From Callorhinchus milii (taxonomy: Eukaryota): a stretch of DNA of 64,000 nt. The notes under the pieces are model-generated. The model ran no database searches. It was not told where the DNA came from and saw only the letters and a program-made list of their open reading frames with translations. The stretch is from positions 49,974,001-50,038,000 of the forward strand of contig NW_024704742.1 in NCBI RefSeq assembly GCF_018977255.1, given 5' to 3'. Below are positions 27,155-40,062 of this stretch, piece by piece. Each line of letters starts with the position of its first letter. Within the stretch, counting starts at the first letter, position 1. A program made the translations under genes and the position numbers.

Positions 27155-27750
27155 TGTCAGTCTGGTTATACTGGTACCTCTGGGTTAGAAGGATGTGGGT
27201 TCAAGCCCATAGCTCACATTGGACTGACACTCCAATGGAGTGTTCAGGGGAGTGTTGTATGATCTGAGATGTCTTCCTTTAGATGAGACATTAAACCAAG
27301 CCTGCATCTTCAGGGGATGTTAAAGACCAGGGCACTATTTGAAAAGCTAAGGGAGTTTCGCCCAGTGTCCTAACTAACAATCCTCCAGACAAATTGGTCA
27401 TTCACTTGATGCTGCTTGTGTAAACTTGCTGTGCACAAATTGGCTTCCATGTTTGCCTACAGCCATCACATTTGGCAGCAATTCCCTGTAAAACATTTGG
27501 ACACATTTCAACAAGAGAAGGAAGTTTCTCCCATTGTTCCGGCCAACAATCGCCCAAGTAAAGCAGTTCACTTACTTCATGGCTTTTTGTGGGATGATGC
27601 TGCACACAAATTGACTGCCAAAACCTGGTGGAGCACTTTGAGATGCCTTGACAATGTGATAAGGCAAATTTTTGCCTTAAAAACAATGATGACTTTATCA
27701 AATATGAGGGCTATTTTATTTAATAGGCACTATATCAAATGCAAAGTTGC
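27155..27750 (+). mobile_element. Old DeuSINE-like element(s)
   Basis: Head and core (GATGAGACATTAAACCAAG) plus two successive 3' bodies. Confidence 0.65.
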
Positions 27751-28238
27751 ATAGGTTCCATTGTAAGGCTATCAAGCATAGTTTCATGATGATGGTGTCC
27801 CTTTAAGATGACTGCCAGAGAGCTTGGTACTATGGTCCTCAAGCAAAACTCCTAATGAGTTTTGGCAGTGGTCAGTAAGGGGAAATATGCATAATTCATC
27901 TTTCATTGCAGTAAGTATACCTCCCACTAGCTGTTCCTAAAGCAGCATAGCACGGAGAACATGCAAAGGCATAACACAAAGCAGGCTCATTTTGCCCACT
28001 GGAAATACCACTGGGCAAAATCAAAATAAAATCAGAGGGGATTATTGAAATTTAAAAACTCAGGGACATTTTGAAGAGGTAAATTGTTCAGCTATTAGGG
28101 GTAAACATCAAATCCTTTATATCAAGCTGGTAGCAATTAATTTAATCTGACACTTATCAAAAATATTTTGTGTGATATTCAGTTTTGATATTACAAAACA
28201 GTGAATTTACTTCACATTTTGTCATGATTTGCTATCGT

Positions 28239-28607
28239 GGAGACTTGTAGCTCAGTGGTTACAGCTCTCGCCTCGCAAGCGAGAGACCTGGGTTCTATTC
28301 CCGGCAGGACGAAATATTGGGCAAGTTTCCTTACTCCACACGCCTCTGTTACCTAGCAGTAAATAGGAACCCGGTTTTTAGTCGATCGACAGATCACTTT
28401 TCTGGGGATAATAATCCCTCAAAAAATAATAATAATAATTTGGTCACTCTATTTGGTCACGACTGTTTGTGGGACACTGCTGTGCGTAATTGACTGCCGA
28501 GTTTCACCCACAAATACAGTCAATTCACTTTACAATATATTTTTTGAAGCACTTTGAAGTGATGAAGTGAAAAGCGCTATGTCAAATGCAAGGATTATTA
28601 TTATTAT
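28239..28607 (+). mobile_element. tRNA-Ala-derived SINE, long subfamily
   Basis: Full-length; anticodon arm CTCGC-CTCGCAA-GCGAG. Confidence 0.92.
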
Positions 28608-29608
28608 TTTTTATTTTATCCAACTCTTTGGTGATTTAGATGCCGGTATTGATCTCTGGTTCTCTGTGGTGTGAAGGGTTCAGGCTTCCTGGTAGATGAT
28701 TCAATGGTTAAGGTGAGGTATAGTGACGTTCCCTGCCATTCGTGACAATCAGTCTAAGAGGCAGACAGATTTGTCAATGTTTCGTAAAGGTATAGTGATT
28801 GAATTCAATTCTGCCATAATCATTTAGAAGAAGGCATGGGAAGTTTCAGATATCTGAATCCAAATTCTGTCAAACATAAATTGATTTTACACTTATTCAA
28901 TACATGAATTGGTGGTGAAACTTGTGAATATATTTACGGTTGCTATATTGAGATAACATATATACTGTATATTACAGTGAAGGTCAATGATATAAATGTA
29001 GAGCTACTAAATATATTTACTATCAGTTCTCTTAATGGTTATTGATTGCTGAGTCTATGCTTTTTCGACCTAAAAAAAGAATTACCAGAACACAGCCTCA
29101 TACTCAATCTTGGCATTTGAGAGCCTTTTTAACAAAAAAGCTATGCATAGAGTCATATTGTTCACCAGATTTCACTGAAATGGTCAGTTCAAGCATTATG
29201 AATTGAGGGTAATTGTAAATGATTGTGACACAGCACAGCCACATCTATTTGATTAGTAAATAAGGTGGAAATTCATTTCAAACCCTGTTTTCCACAACAG
29301 CTTTCTCAACATTGTTTAATTGTTCTGTGTGTTTCATTATGTCAGTATTACCTAGAGGTGTATATATTGGTGTCATGAGTCAGAATTTTGATGTAAAACC
29401 TGTGGGCGTCCAGGAACCAGACTAGAAACAAAACTGTCATATCTCTCAAAGAACACAGAGTGAGAGATGATAGACTCAAAATAAAGGAATTCTGTGTTGA
29501 TCCTGAAAAGTTGGCAACTGAACAGGCAAGATTAGATTTATGTATCATACTGAACCTGCATATTCACAGGACCATAATTTCCAAGTCATATTATTGCAGT
29601 TTGACCGA

Positions 29609-29891
29609 TCTCTTTGACCGAGCCTTCAGCTCCCCTCTCGACTCTCTACCCCCTCCTCGCTCCCTTCCTTCCCTCCCCTCACCCTGACCATTTCCTCCCT
29701 CCTCGCTCCCTCCCTTCCCTCCCCTCACCCTGACCATTTCCCCCCTCCTCGCTCCCTCCCTCCCTTCCCTCCCCTCACCCTGACCATTTCCCCCCTGCTC
29801 GGGTCATGACCCAACTGTGCAGCGCCTTGGGACGTCCTCCTGACGTGAAAGGCGCTTTATAAATGGAATCTTGTTGTTGTTGTTGTTGTTG
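29609..29891 (+). mobile_element. Young L2 3' end
   Basis: Nearly identical to 54285-54508; (TTG)n tail. Confidence 0.9.
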
Positions 29892-30749
29892 CAGTGTATG
29901 ATGGTCAGTTATCTTTATATCTTTGTCGTCCATTATGGCTACATTCTATGAAGGGTGTTAAGAATAATGACTGTATCAAGGAACCTTCATTCACAATGCA
30001 GATGTGAGCTGTTAGATACGTTGGACATCATTGAATGAAAGATACACTCAGGAAACTTCAAGCATCCCCGTCTGCCTCTGATAATACAGTGACTATCAGA
30101 AATGAAGATTCCAAGTCAGCATGTAATTGATGGCATATGTCACTGAGCACATCTTGCTAAGGTGAATATAACAGAATCTGTCAGTGCCAAATAGTTAGCT
30201 TTTGACTTGTTAATTCTCTGACAAGAATAATTCCTTGTATGCCAGGGTCTCATTCACCTATTTCTGTTGTTACAAACAATGTGGCATTATTGCTGCACAA
30301 GTAACACAGTTAAAGGAACCAATGTCAGTATTTAAACCTATATGAATGGTAATCTATAGTGCTGTGAAGAATGAAGCAGCCCTGGAAGAGTAGACCATTC
30401 ACAGCTTGACTGCAGCAAATGAACATTATAGTTTTGACTAAACCTAAATCACGACTCGGTATTTGCAATGAGCCAATGGAAGCAGGATTCAAAGCAGCTG
30501 TGACCTTCACAGCTACAGGTCAAACAGTTCCAGTGAGAGGGCAGACCTTTGAATCATCTCTTAACCTTTGACAAAGTTCAGTAATTGCTTCACTTGACCT
30601 CCCTTAGGAATATCTTCATTACTTCCATGTATGGGTTTTGGGTTTAAAACATTCTCCTTAGGAAATTGATGGCATCCCTGGTGCCTTGCCACTGGTAAAA
30701 ATACTTCACAGCATATACTGCAATCCCAGAAGTGTACTCCAAGTACATT

Positions 30750-31063
30750 GGAGTCCTGTAGCTCAGTGGTTAGAGCACTCGCCTTGCAAGCGAGACACCT
30801 GGGTTCAATTCCAGGAAGGGTGAAACCTTGGGCAAGTTTCCTTATTCCACACGCCTAATAATAATCCCTCCAAAAAAAAATAATAAAATAAATTGGTCAT
30901 TTTCAATCCACGACTGTTTGTGGGACACTGGTGTGCGCAATTGGCTGCTGCGTTTCGCCCACAGATATGCGGTCAATTCACTTTACAGTCTATTCTGTGA
31001 AGCGCTTTGAGACGTCTAGAAGACGTGAAAAGAGCTACATCAAATGCAAGGATTATTATTATT
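30750..31063 (+). mobile_element. tRNA-Ala-derived SINE, short subfamily
   Basis: Full-length; AAGTACA occurs on both flanks (possible TSD, offset by 2 nt). Confidence 0.93.
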
Positions 31064-32414
31064 AAGTACAACACACCGTTTTACAAGATCTTGAGATAGA
31101 GTTGAGATTTCTCAGTTCAGCAGGATGTTTCCCTTCTGGAGAAGCAATTTATATTGTGAGACTCATTTCCAGGGTTGATATACCGTGAGACACAAGTAAC
31201 ATTATTGCTTTCCTAAAGAGCAAGTGTTTGCCCAGAAAATATACAGTCAATCCATTTTACATTATATTCTGTGAAGCGCTTTGAGACATCTAGACAACAT
31301 GATAAGGTGCTATATCAAATGCAAGGATTATTATTATTATTATAATTCAACCCCATTCTGAGCTTGAAGAACCTCTCCGTCAGATACAGTTCTCTCCTTC
31401 ATATCTTGTGTACCCGCAGATCCTATTCATACTGTTCCTCATCTAAATGGATGATAGCAGCTACAACTTAAGCAGTGTTGCTTGCAATCCATTTATCCAG
31501 CGAACAGTAACTCTGAAGTGATCTATATATGGGTGCAGGTCATTTAAGTGATGAGAAACTGCAGTGAGGTCTGCTTTACTTAAGTGTCTCTTCCCTCAAG
31601 TTTAGTTAACTTAATTCACTTCACAACAGGTTTGCAAATCTGTTAAGTATCGATGCCATAATTCTGTGTTGGAAACTGGGAACCTCCATCACACACAATA
31701 TGAACACATACTGCTATTTCTGGGTGGCATAAGGTATTATATTATAAGATATTAGATACATAAGAATCACTCAAACACCCCACCACCAACATCTCATCAG
31801 ATAACAATTACTAGGATACACCAGGAAAAGACACTAGGACGTAGGACAGGCATAATGCTACTTAGTGACTGGAAAATGGGGTAGGAGTTCAACTCAACAT
31901 TAAAGATGATCAGGTGAAAATTGCAACATGTTTTCCACAGTTCTAAAAAAGAGCCAGCTTCCAAATTAAGACTAAATTTAGGAATTTTACCCAATGCTGC
32001 ATGATCTTAAAAATTGAAGACAAAATGGTCTTACGGTGTAAGGCTAGGTGGAATTTTTGGTCCCCGATGTGTTAATTAACGCACTGTTGACAAAAATGAC
32101 TATTCAATGTGTTAGTTATTGACTGCTCATACATATACTGGAGAGAGAATTCTTCGGCAGACACAATGTTTAAAATGATTGCACTAAGTTGTAAGCATTG
32201 AACTTCTAGCTGACCGAGCTTGGTCTGTTAGAGGTTATTGGCTTAATATACATAAATTCAGTTCAGCTGGTATCCTAAATGGTAGTGCAATGTGGTGATC
32301 CATAATGTGGAAGTCAAAATAACAGCACAGCTAGCTTCTGGGTGGCAATCATTGCCAACAATGTCAGGAGTGGGGAAGAGTCCAGCTCATGTTTGGACCA
32401 GTTAATGTCCAACA

Positions 32415-32789
32415 TAATAATAATTCCTACATTTGACATAGCGCCTTATCACATCTTCGAGACGTCTCAAAGCTTTACAGGATATACTGTAAAGTGAATT
32501 GACTGTATATTTTGTGGGTGAAACATGGCAGACAATTGTGCACAGCAGTGTCCCACAAATAGTTGTGGATTGAGTGACAAATTTATTGTTATTATTTTTT
32601 ATGAAGGAATTATTAACCCCCAGAAAAGCGATCCACCATTCGTCTAACAACCGGGTTCCTACTTACTGCTACGTAAACAGAGGTGTGTGTGGAGTAAGGA
32701 AACTTACGCAATGTATCACCCTGCTGGGAATCAAACCCAGGTCTCTCGCTTGTGAGGCGAGTGCTCTAACCATTGAGCTACAGGACTCC
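32415..32789 (-). mobile_element. tRNA-Ala-derived SINE, long subfamily
   Basis: Full-length match. Confidence 0.92.
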
Positions 32790-34194
32790 ACATGATGTTA
32801 ACCAGCACCAGCGGAATTTATTAACATCAAACTTGACAATTTTAACTGCATTATAGAATCTTTATAGAATAAATTGTAATCACAAGCCACTGATGACCTG
32901 ATGATTTAGTTTAAAAAAGGCAGAAATGTTTCCCACAGTGCATATTTTGTTTATTTACAGCTCCTGCATAGATTGCATTAGAAGCTCGCTAATAATAACA
33001 CACTAACAAAGCAAAAAAATGAACCTGAGAATCAAGTTGTTATATCCGTGGAAATAGAGACAACCTAATTGAGCTTTCATCAGTCACGTGTTTTTTTTGA
33101 GGATAGCGTTGCTCATTTATTAGAGGTGTGAATCATTATTTAGAATTCTCTACCAAAGCTTAAAGCTACAGTACCCACAATTATAGTTGTTCAGTTCCAA
33201 ACAATATTGAGTTTAATAGATACAATATTGGACCAAATCTCATGTCATAGTTGCTACATAAGCTTGCCTTGAAGAACATGCTCAGGAACCTGTCCTTGGA
33301 CAGTATCCAGTCTGCCAAACAATGTGCTCCAACGCAAATACATTTTTGGAGTTTCCAGTCCAAGAATTTCCCTTCTTCCCTCTCCCCTTCACTCTCCTCT
33401 ACCCACCCCCCAACCCCCCACCTCCCTCACTCCCTCCCTCCCTCACCCCTCCTTGATCATTGCCAATTCTTTGGTTGGTCTTTGATAAATGTGCAAACTG
33501 CTCACTCCTTCAATCTTCTTGACACTGTTCTCACCCTGGTCTTTGAGTTACATCCTGCCAATATCCCAAATTGTACTGAGATCTGTTTCCTTAATTATCA
33601 CTTTCCCCATGTTTCTTTTTTATTTAAGGAATTCCTGTTCCATTTGTACCTTTTCACACTTCTATGTAAACCAGAATTTAATTGTTAAACTATTACATGG
33701 GATCTACAAATCTTCAGTAATGAGCTTGGCAATGGACCAAGTTATGAAACTTTTGAGTGGCAGTTCTGGGGATACGAGTTTAATTCCGATACCTCAGGAG
33801 TTGTTATTGTTACATAATGATCACATCTTACAATTGTCACCCAAATATGATTTTTCGTTAAAAAAATCTGTAATGTCGTCAAGTAAAAAAGTAAAGTAAA
33901 GTAACAAAATCAGAGTTTAAAATATTGATACAAACCTTCAATGAAGTAATATAAAATGTTTTAATAGAAGGACAGCCCTTCTGAGTACTGCAATTAAATA
34001 TTTTTTCAGGTTTCATGTTCACATCCCAGGAGAGGTGGAAGCAGTCACACTGTGAAGACTTCATACAATTAGTTTTATCTGATTTAATCAGATCTAATCG
34101 GACCGCAGCTGACGTAGCCTTCAAGAATCTCTAATGAAAAGCATCCCCACATGTGTAAAAGTTTCTGAAATTCTATTAATATTACTAATAGAAA

Positions 34195-34602
34195 TAATAT
34201 TAATCTTTGCATTTTAATATAGTGTCTTATCATGTCGGGAAGACCTCTCGAAGCACTTCACAGGATTTTCACTGTGAAGTGTAGTGACCGTTCATTTGTA
34301 GGTGAACATTGCACACAGCAATGTCCCACAAACAGTTATAAAGTGTGTCACCACTTTAGCTTGAGCACTGTTTGCCAGGACACTCGCAGAAATTAGCGAA
34401 TGTTTAGCATCCACCTGAACAAGCAGATAGGACTTTGTTTTAATGTTTCATCCGACTGACGGCACCTCCAACAATGCAGCACATACCTAGCCCTGGATTG
34501 CAGTGTCAACCTAGACTCTTAACTCAAAGTCCAATTTGAGGCACAAATCTGCAACCTTCTGACTCAGAGGTGAGAGTTTTACCTGTTGATCCAGACTGAC
34601 AC
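34195..34602 (-). mobile_element. Old DeuSINE-like element, near full length
   Basis: TCATCCGACTGACGGCACCTCCAACAATGCAGCAC core; ACCTTCTGACTCAGAGGTGAGAG head. Confidence 0.75.
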
Positions 34603-34916
34603 GAGGCTGATACCTGGTAAAAAGAATGTGATCATTCAAGATGTCACAACGACATTAATATTAATCCTGTCCCCTAGCACGAGTAATGCACAGAGACATT
34701 TTTAAAGCCCATCATACTGGAGGTGAAGGAGGTAGCAGGTGTGATATTTAATCCATCGTGTCCTTGAAGGAAGCTTCTCCAGACATTGGTTTTATACTGC
34801 CGTCCTCTCAATGTGATTGATGTTTAGGTTTCACTGATAGCTCCCTGGGCTTCTATTACTCCCATTTCTACCCTCACACAATGTATAAGTATGACAGAGC
34901 CTGATTCTCCACTAAA

Positions 34917-35098
34917 CTCTTTGACCGTGCCTTCAGCTCCCCTCTCGACTCTCTTCCCCCTCCTCGCTCCCTCCCTTCCCTCCCCTCACCCTGACCATTT
35001 CCCCCTGCTCGGGTCATGACCCAACTGTGCAGCGCCTTGGGACGTCCTCCTGACGTGAAAGGCGCTTTATAAATGGAATCTTGTTGTTGTTGTTGTTG
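34917..35098 (+). mobile_element. Young L2 3' end
   Basis: Nearly identical to 29609-29891 and 54285-54508; (TTG)n tail. Confidence 0.9.
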
Positions 35099-36638
35099 TA
35101 AACCAACTTCCCTGTGAACCTTCGAGCAGGGAAGGATAATGATTAAGAATGAAATCCCTGGTTAGTATCCCACACCCCTGATCAAGGAGTGATGAGGACA
35201 AATGTAGAGCTCCAAAGGATGAGATCAAATAACTCAACACAGATCATTTATGTATTGTCCATGACTACACCAGCTCTTAGAATAATTTAAAATGTTACCT
35301 TTATAACTCAATTGTAGCTGCACTGTTTTTAAAATCCTTTCTTTAATGGGTTCTGCAATTTGTTGCAAAATGTCAAGCTGCAAATGTCAAAATGGAAATC
35401 AATGGCAACATTCCATCTGCCTAACCTGTCAAGTAATGTAAGAAAACAAACTTATGCATCATGTTATTTTATCAAATAAAATTTTGCATCATTGTTAGAT
35501 GGTCTTGGATTCTTAATGGATTTTGGGCTTTTGGGTCAAGTATCCATAAAACAGAAGAACTTCCCTGTATACATCTGCCAGGACTGTTATCAAACAGGGA
35601 ACATTATCCATTGCACATACACAGGTAAATCAGTACTTGACGTTAGAGTGCTATGGTAAGAAGATGGAGACTGTTGATGACTAGATGCCCTTCACTGGGC
35701 TTCCAACAGCCAGAGATTCTTTTAAAATGTAAGGATAAACATAAACCCTATGACTTTATGCTGTGGCTTCTGCCATAAATACCTGCTCTCCCACTACAAC
35801 CTATACACAACCTTTTTTTTCACAAGGGGCATGATAATGTGAATCTAATATTTTTATAATTAGGAAAAATTATATATTTGTAGAATTAACATCTGTCTTT
35901 AACCCTGTTCACATCATATTCCGAGTTATTGACCATTGCAAATGTCGACAATTGATTACAACAACAACTTGTACTTATATAGTATCTTTCACATTGGAAA
36001 AGGTCTCACCTTCCTTCACAAAAAGGGAGTGGGAGCCCAAGGAGGATGGGAAATGAAGGTGGGAGGGAGGTGACCAAAGGTTCAGTGAGAGTAGTAGGTT
36101 GTATAGATAGAGTTTAAAAGCAGAGAGTGGCGGGGAGTTCCAATGATTTGTTTTTTGATGTTGAATTCTCAAATTCTTTGAAAACATGAACTTCTACTAA
36201 AGTACATCAGTAAAAAATTGCAAGCATGTGCTTCTGCATTTCTGTTGGAGGAGTTCTGCTCCGATAGTCACACTTGAAGGGAGACTGAACCTTGCTCTCA
36301 TGATTTTGAGAAAAAAATTAAAGTACAAGTTGTCAAATACTTATTGTAGTCACAAATAAATTAAAACAAATAAGCAATTTAAATGTAATACCCAGTGAAG
36401 AACTACAGTAAATGTGCCCATTGTTTATTCCATTTACACAAAGCAATATCAATATTTTTATTCACACTGAGACTTCAGTCAAAGCAATAAGCACAAAATG
36501 AGAAACAATTATATAATATCAATTCCTTTAGAATTTAGTTTTCTGATTGCTAATGGAACATTGGGATTTATAATACTAATAAGTAGTTAGCAGGGTTGTG
36601 GAACACATTCCTGTGGGTAATCTTTTGATCTTGTTGTT

Positions 36639-37263
36639 TGTTAGAAAATAAAATCAGCTAAATCTGCAAGGAAATAATGCTAATTCCTCTAACCAGATAT
36701 CAGACTGTTTTATTATAATTTGTTCGTTAATCCCCAATATCCCGATGGGTCAGACCAAAGGCTGGTACAATCAACAGATCTTATAACAGAATAACACCAC
36801 TATAGATATCTCGAGTTCAAGAGTTCAACACTGTGTCTTTCCAGCACACAAGCTTGACTCTTCATGCTTTCAGACTTCTTGCTTACAGCTTTCAATCTTC
36901 CATCTGATATCCTCAGTCTTCGTGTTTCCAGCTCTCAGTCTTCCATCTCTGTATCCTTGTCTCCGCGACCCGGGACGGCTCCATCTCCCGTACACAAAGT
37001 TATCGGAACTTTTATACCAATATTCATCCAATCATGGTGCGGACATTAGATCACCTGTCGAAATCATGCTGGGTTCACGTGAACACCTCATGGGGTGTAC
37101 GTGCCTCACACACACAAACACACTGTCCTTGAGACAGTCCGTTATCTCGTGTACGTGCAGGGAGTTTCAGTCCAGCTGCCCACAACACACTTAACTTAAA
37201 AGTTAACCCGTTCGCAACATCTATTTTGATTCCAACATTATACAAAAAGTGTAAATTCTAACA
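36639..37263 (-). repeat. 3' LTR (625 bp)
   Basis: Direct repeat of 38146-38836. Preceded on the minus strand by purine-rich AAGATGGGGAC. Minus-strand TATAAAA near 37010-37016 and AATAAA near 36710. Confidence 0.93.
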
Positions 37264-38122
37264 GTCCCCATCTTGATACCGAATGAACATGAGGTATCAC
37301 AAAATTACAAAAAGAATATAATACAAAATCAGAAAAATAATACAAGGTTACACAACCTGATAGTACAAGAAGACAGATAATACAAAGTCAGAAAAATAGT
37401 ACAAGGTCACACAACCTGGGAGGGAGGATGGTACTTCCAGGAGGCAAACTCTCTTAATGAGCTTTCTCTCGGGTTTCACAGCTCAGTCAAAACCAACAGG
37501 TTATTTCCAGCGACCACAGTCACAATTGAAATCAACATTCAATTACTATCAGTCCTGGTCCCTCTCCTTACCCGGAGGTAATAGGGGATTTGCTTCCCTC
37601 AGTTTGGACTGACTTATTTCACAGCTCAGTTGTAACCAACAGGTTATTTCCAGCGACCACAGTCACAATTGAAATACAACACATTCAATTACTGTCGGCC
37701 TCGGTCCCTCTCCTTACCCGGAGGTAATAGGGGATTTCCCACTGATTGTTTGAACGCCCGAAAGTTACTCCATCACTTACGCAATTTCCACATCGACACA
37801 CAATATATCAACATATTCGAATGTCGTTCACACGCACATCAGCGCACTTAAATGCCTGGTGCGATCGCCAGCGTACTCAAACGCCTGACCGTTATCGAAG
37901 CTTGGTCCCGACTATACCTTAGTGTGGCATCCACAGCTTACTCAAAACTACTGTCCTCTACTTGATGTATTCAAACATTCAAGGAGACAATCACAAACTT
38001 CCTAGGTAATATAGTCAAATATTCAGCTTTAAAAACAATCAGACATTGATGTATTCAAACATGCAACATCATTAAACGTTCGTCAAGGTTTGATTGTACC
38101 TCCCTTGTCTGTTTACTGGGGA

Positions 38123-38141
38123 AATCCTGCCGACTACGCCA
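38123..38141 (-). promoter_or_regulatory. Primer-binding site for tRNA-Ser
   Basis: Minus strand TGGCGTAGTCGGCAGGATT, 4 nt after the 5' LTR. It is complementary to the 3' end ...AATCCTGCCGACTACG-CCA of vertebrate tRNA-Ser(AGA/TGA). Confidence 0.9.
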
Positions 38142-38145
38142 AAAC

Positions 38146-38836
38146 TGTTAGAAAATAAAATCAGCCAAATCTGCAAGGAAATAACGCTAATTCCTCTAAC
38201 CAGATATCAGACTGTTTTATTATAATTCATTTGTTATTCCCCAATATCCCGATGGGTCAGACCAAAGGCTGGTACAATCAACAGATCTTATAACAGAATA
38301 ACACCACTATAGATATCTCGAGTTCAAGAGTTCAACACTGTGTCTTTCCAGCACACAAGCTTGATTCTTCATGCTTTCAGTCTTCTTGCTTACAGCTTTC
38401 AATCTTCCATCTGATATCCTCAGTCTTAGTGTTTCCAGCTCTCAGTCTTCCATCTCCGTACGCTTGTCTCCGCAGCCCGGGATGGCCCAATCTCCCGTAT
38501 CCTTGTCTCCGCGACCCGGGACGGCTCCATCTCCCGTATCCTTGTCTCCGCGACCCGGGACGGCTCCATCTCCCGTACACAAAGTTATTGGAACTCTTAT
38601 ACCAATATTCATCCAATCATGGTGCGGACATTAGATCACCTGTCGAAATCATGCTGGGTTCACGTGAACACCTCATGGGGTGTACGTGCCTCACACACAC
38701 AAACACACTGTCCGTTATCTCGTGTACATGCAGGGAGTTTCAGTCCAGCTGCCCACAACACACTTAACTTAAAAGTTAACCCGTTCGCAACATCTATTTT
38801 GATTCCAACATTATACAAAAAGTGTAAATTCTAACA
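38146..38836 (-). repeat. 5' LTR (691 bp)
   Basis: Direct repeat of 36639-37263; adjacent to the PBS; carries three copies of a 39-bp unit. Confidence 0.93.
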
Positions 38837-39877
38837 TGTTACATCTTTGTAATAAAATATCTTATTGTGAACTTATAATGGAAAATTTGTTATTTTTATT
38901 TTAAATAAAAGGATCTAAATATTGAGCTATGAAAACTAAAAAATTGTGACTAATTCAACATAGACTTAATGGGCTGAATGGCTGCTTTTTGTGTGTAACA
39001 TATTATAATAGAAAATTTGTTGTTCTCAAGGCATTCATACCTACTCTTCCAAAATTAGTGTAAAATTTTTGAAATGTCAAAGGAGCAAACAGGCCAAGTT
39101 AACTCGTTAAAACCTAGTTAAAATAATAATCTCTGTATTTGATATAGTGCGGTATCGTTGAAACACCTCAAAGCACTTCACAGGATTTATTGTAAAGTGT
39201 AGTGGCTTTGTACTTGAAAGCAAAGCCACAAATATGCACATAGCAATGTCACACACCAGCTATAAACGGAATAACCAATAAAACTCTTTAACAAGGAAAT
39301 TTCTTAATATTACACAATTGAGGAGGCTTGTTGACAAAGGAATCATTTGCACCATGATAATTCTTGCATTAAATCCGGCACTAAAATTAGCCGCTAGTTA
39401 CCATGCAAATCCTGTCATTCCTGAATCATACAAAGCGGCTTTTTCCAACCTGTGTGTTTTGTGTGTGACGTTTGTTGGGGGGATATGTGTAAGTATTCCT
39501 ACCAGGGTTATTTTAATCCAATGGACCATATTCAAATAACAAACCATTTTTTAAGAAAGCTGCAGTGTTCTTGGATATAATTAAACAATTTAAATCAAAC
39601 ACAGCATATCTTTTGATCTTAGCCTTAAGACCCATGTCTTAAAATTTACAGTCAAATAGGATTTTGGAAAATTCATAAATTCAATACAGCACAATACAAG
39701 TTACATTCATATAGTGCATTTTACAGCAAGAGGACATCACAAATTTAGTTTTGATATGGAAGCTGCTTCCTGCATTTCACAGAAATCAGATACTTATTGA
39801 TTGAATATCTCAGATCATTGGAGATCATCTTGCACCTTACCATTTTCAGCAGTAATTACGATGCACCATAATGAATA

Positions 39878-40062
39878 TAATAATAATAATCCTTGCATTT
39901 GATATAGCGCCTTATCACAACTTTGAGACGTCTCAAAGTGCTTCATAGAATATACTGTAAAGTGAATTAACTGTATATTTTGGGATTGAAATGCGGCAGC
40001 CAATTGCACACAGCAGTGTCCCACAAACTATCGTGGATTGAAGTGACCAATTTATTATTATT
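39878..40062 (-). mobile_element. SINE 3' half
   Basis: Body and tail match the young SINE. Confidence 0.85.

Larger units (their letters stand above)
36639..38836 (-). mobile_element. Complete non-autonomous LTR retroelement (ERV-like), 2198 bp
   Basis: Two near-identical LTRs with TGTTAGAA...TTCTAACA termini. 4-bp TSD TGTT (36635-36638 / 38837-38840). PBS and PPT present. The 882-bp interior has no gag/pol/env ORF. Confidence 0.93.

Noticed and set aside
33180..34130. Cluster of 60-145 aa ORFs
   Set aside because: No recognisable domain, frames are inconsistent on both strands, and one ORF is inflated by a pyrimidine tract.
38450..38580. CRISPR-like array
   Set aside because: These are contiguous tandem units without unique spacers inside an LTR, in vertebrate DNA with no cas genes.
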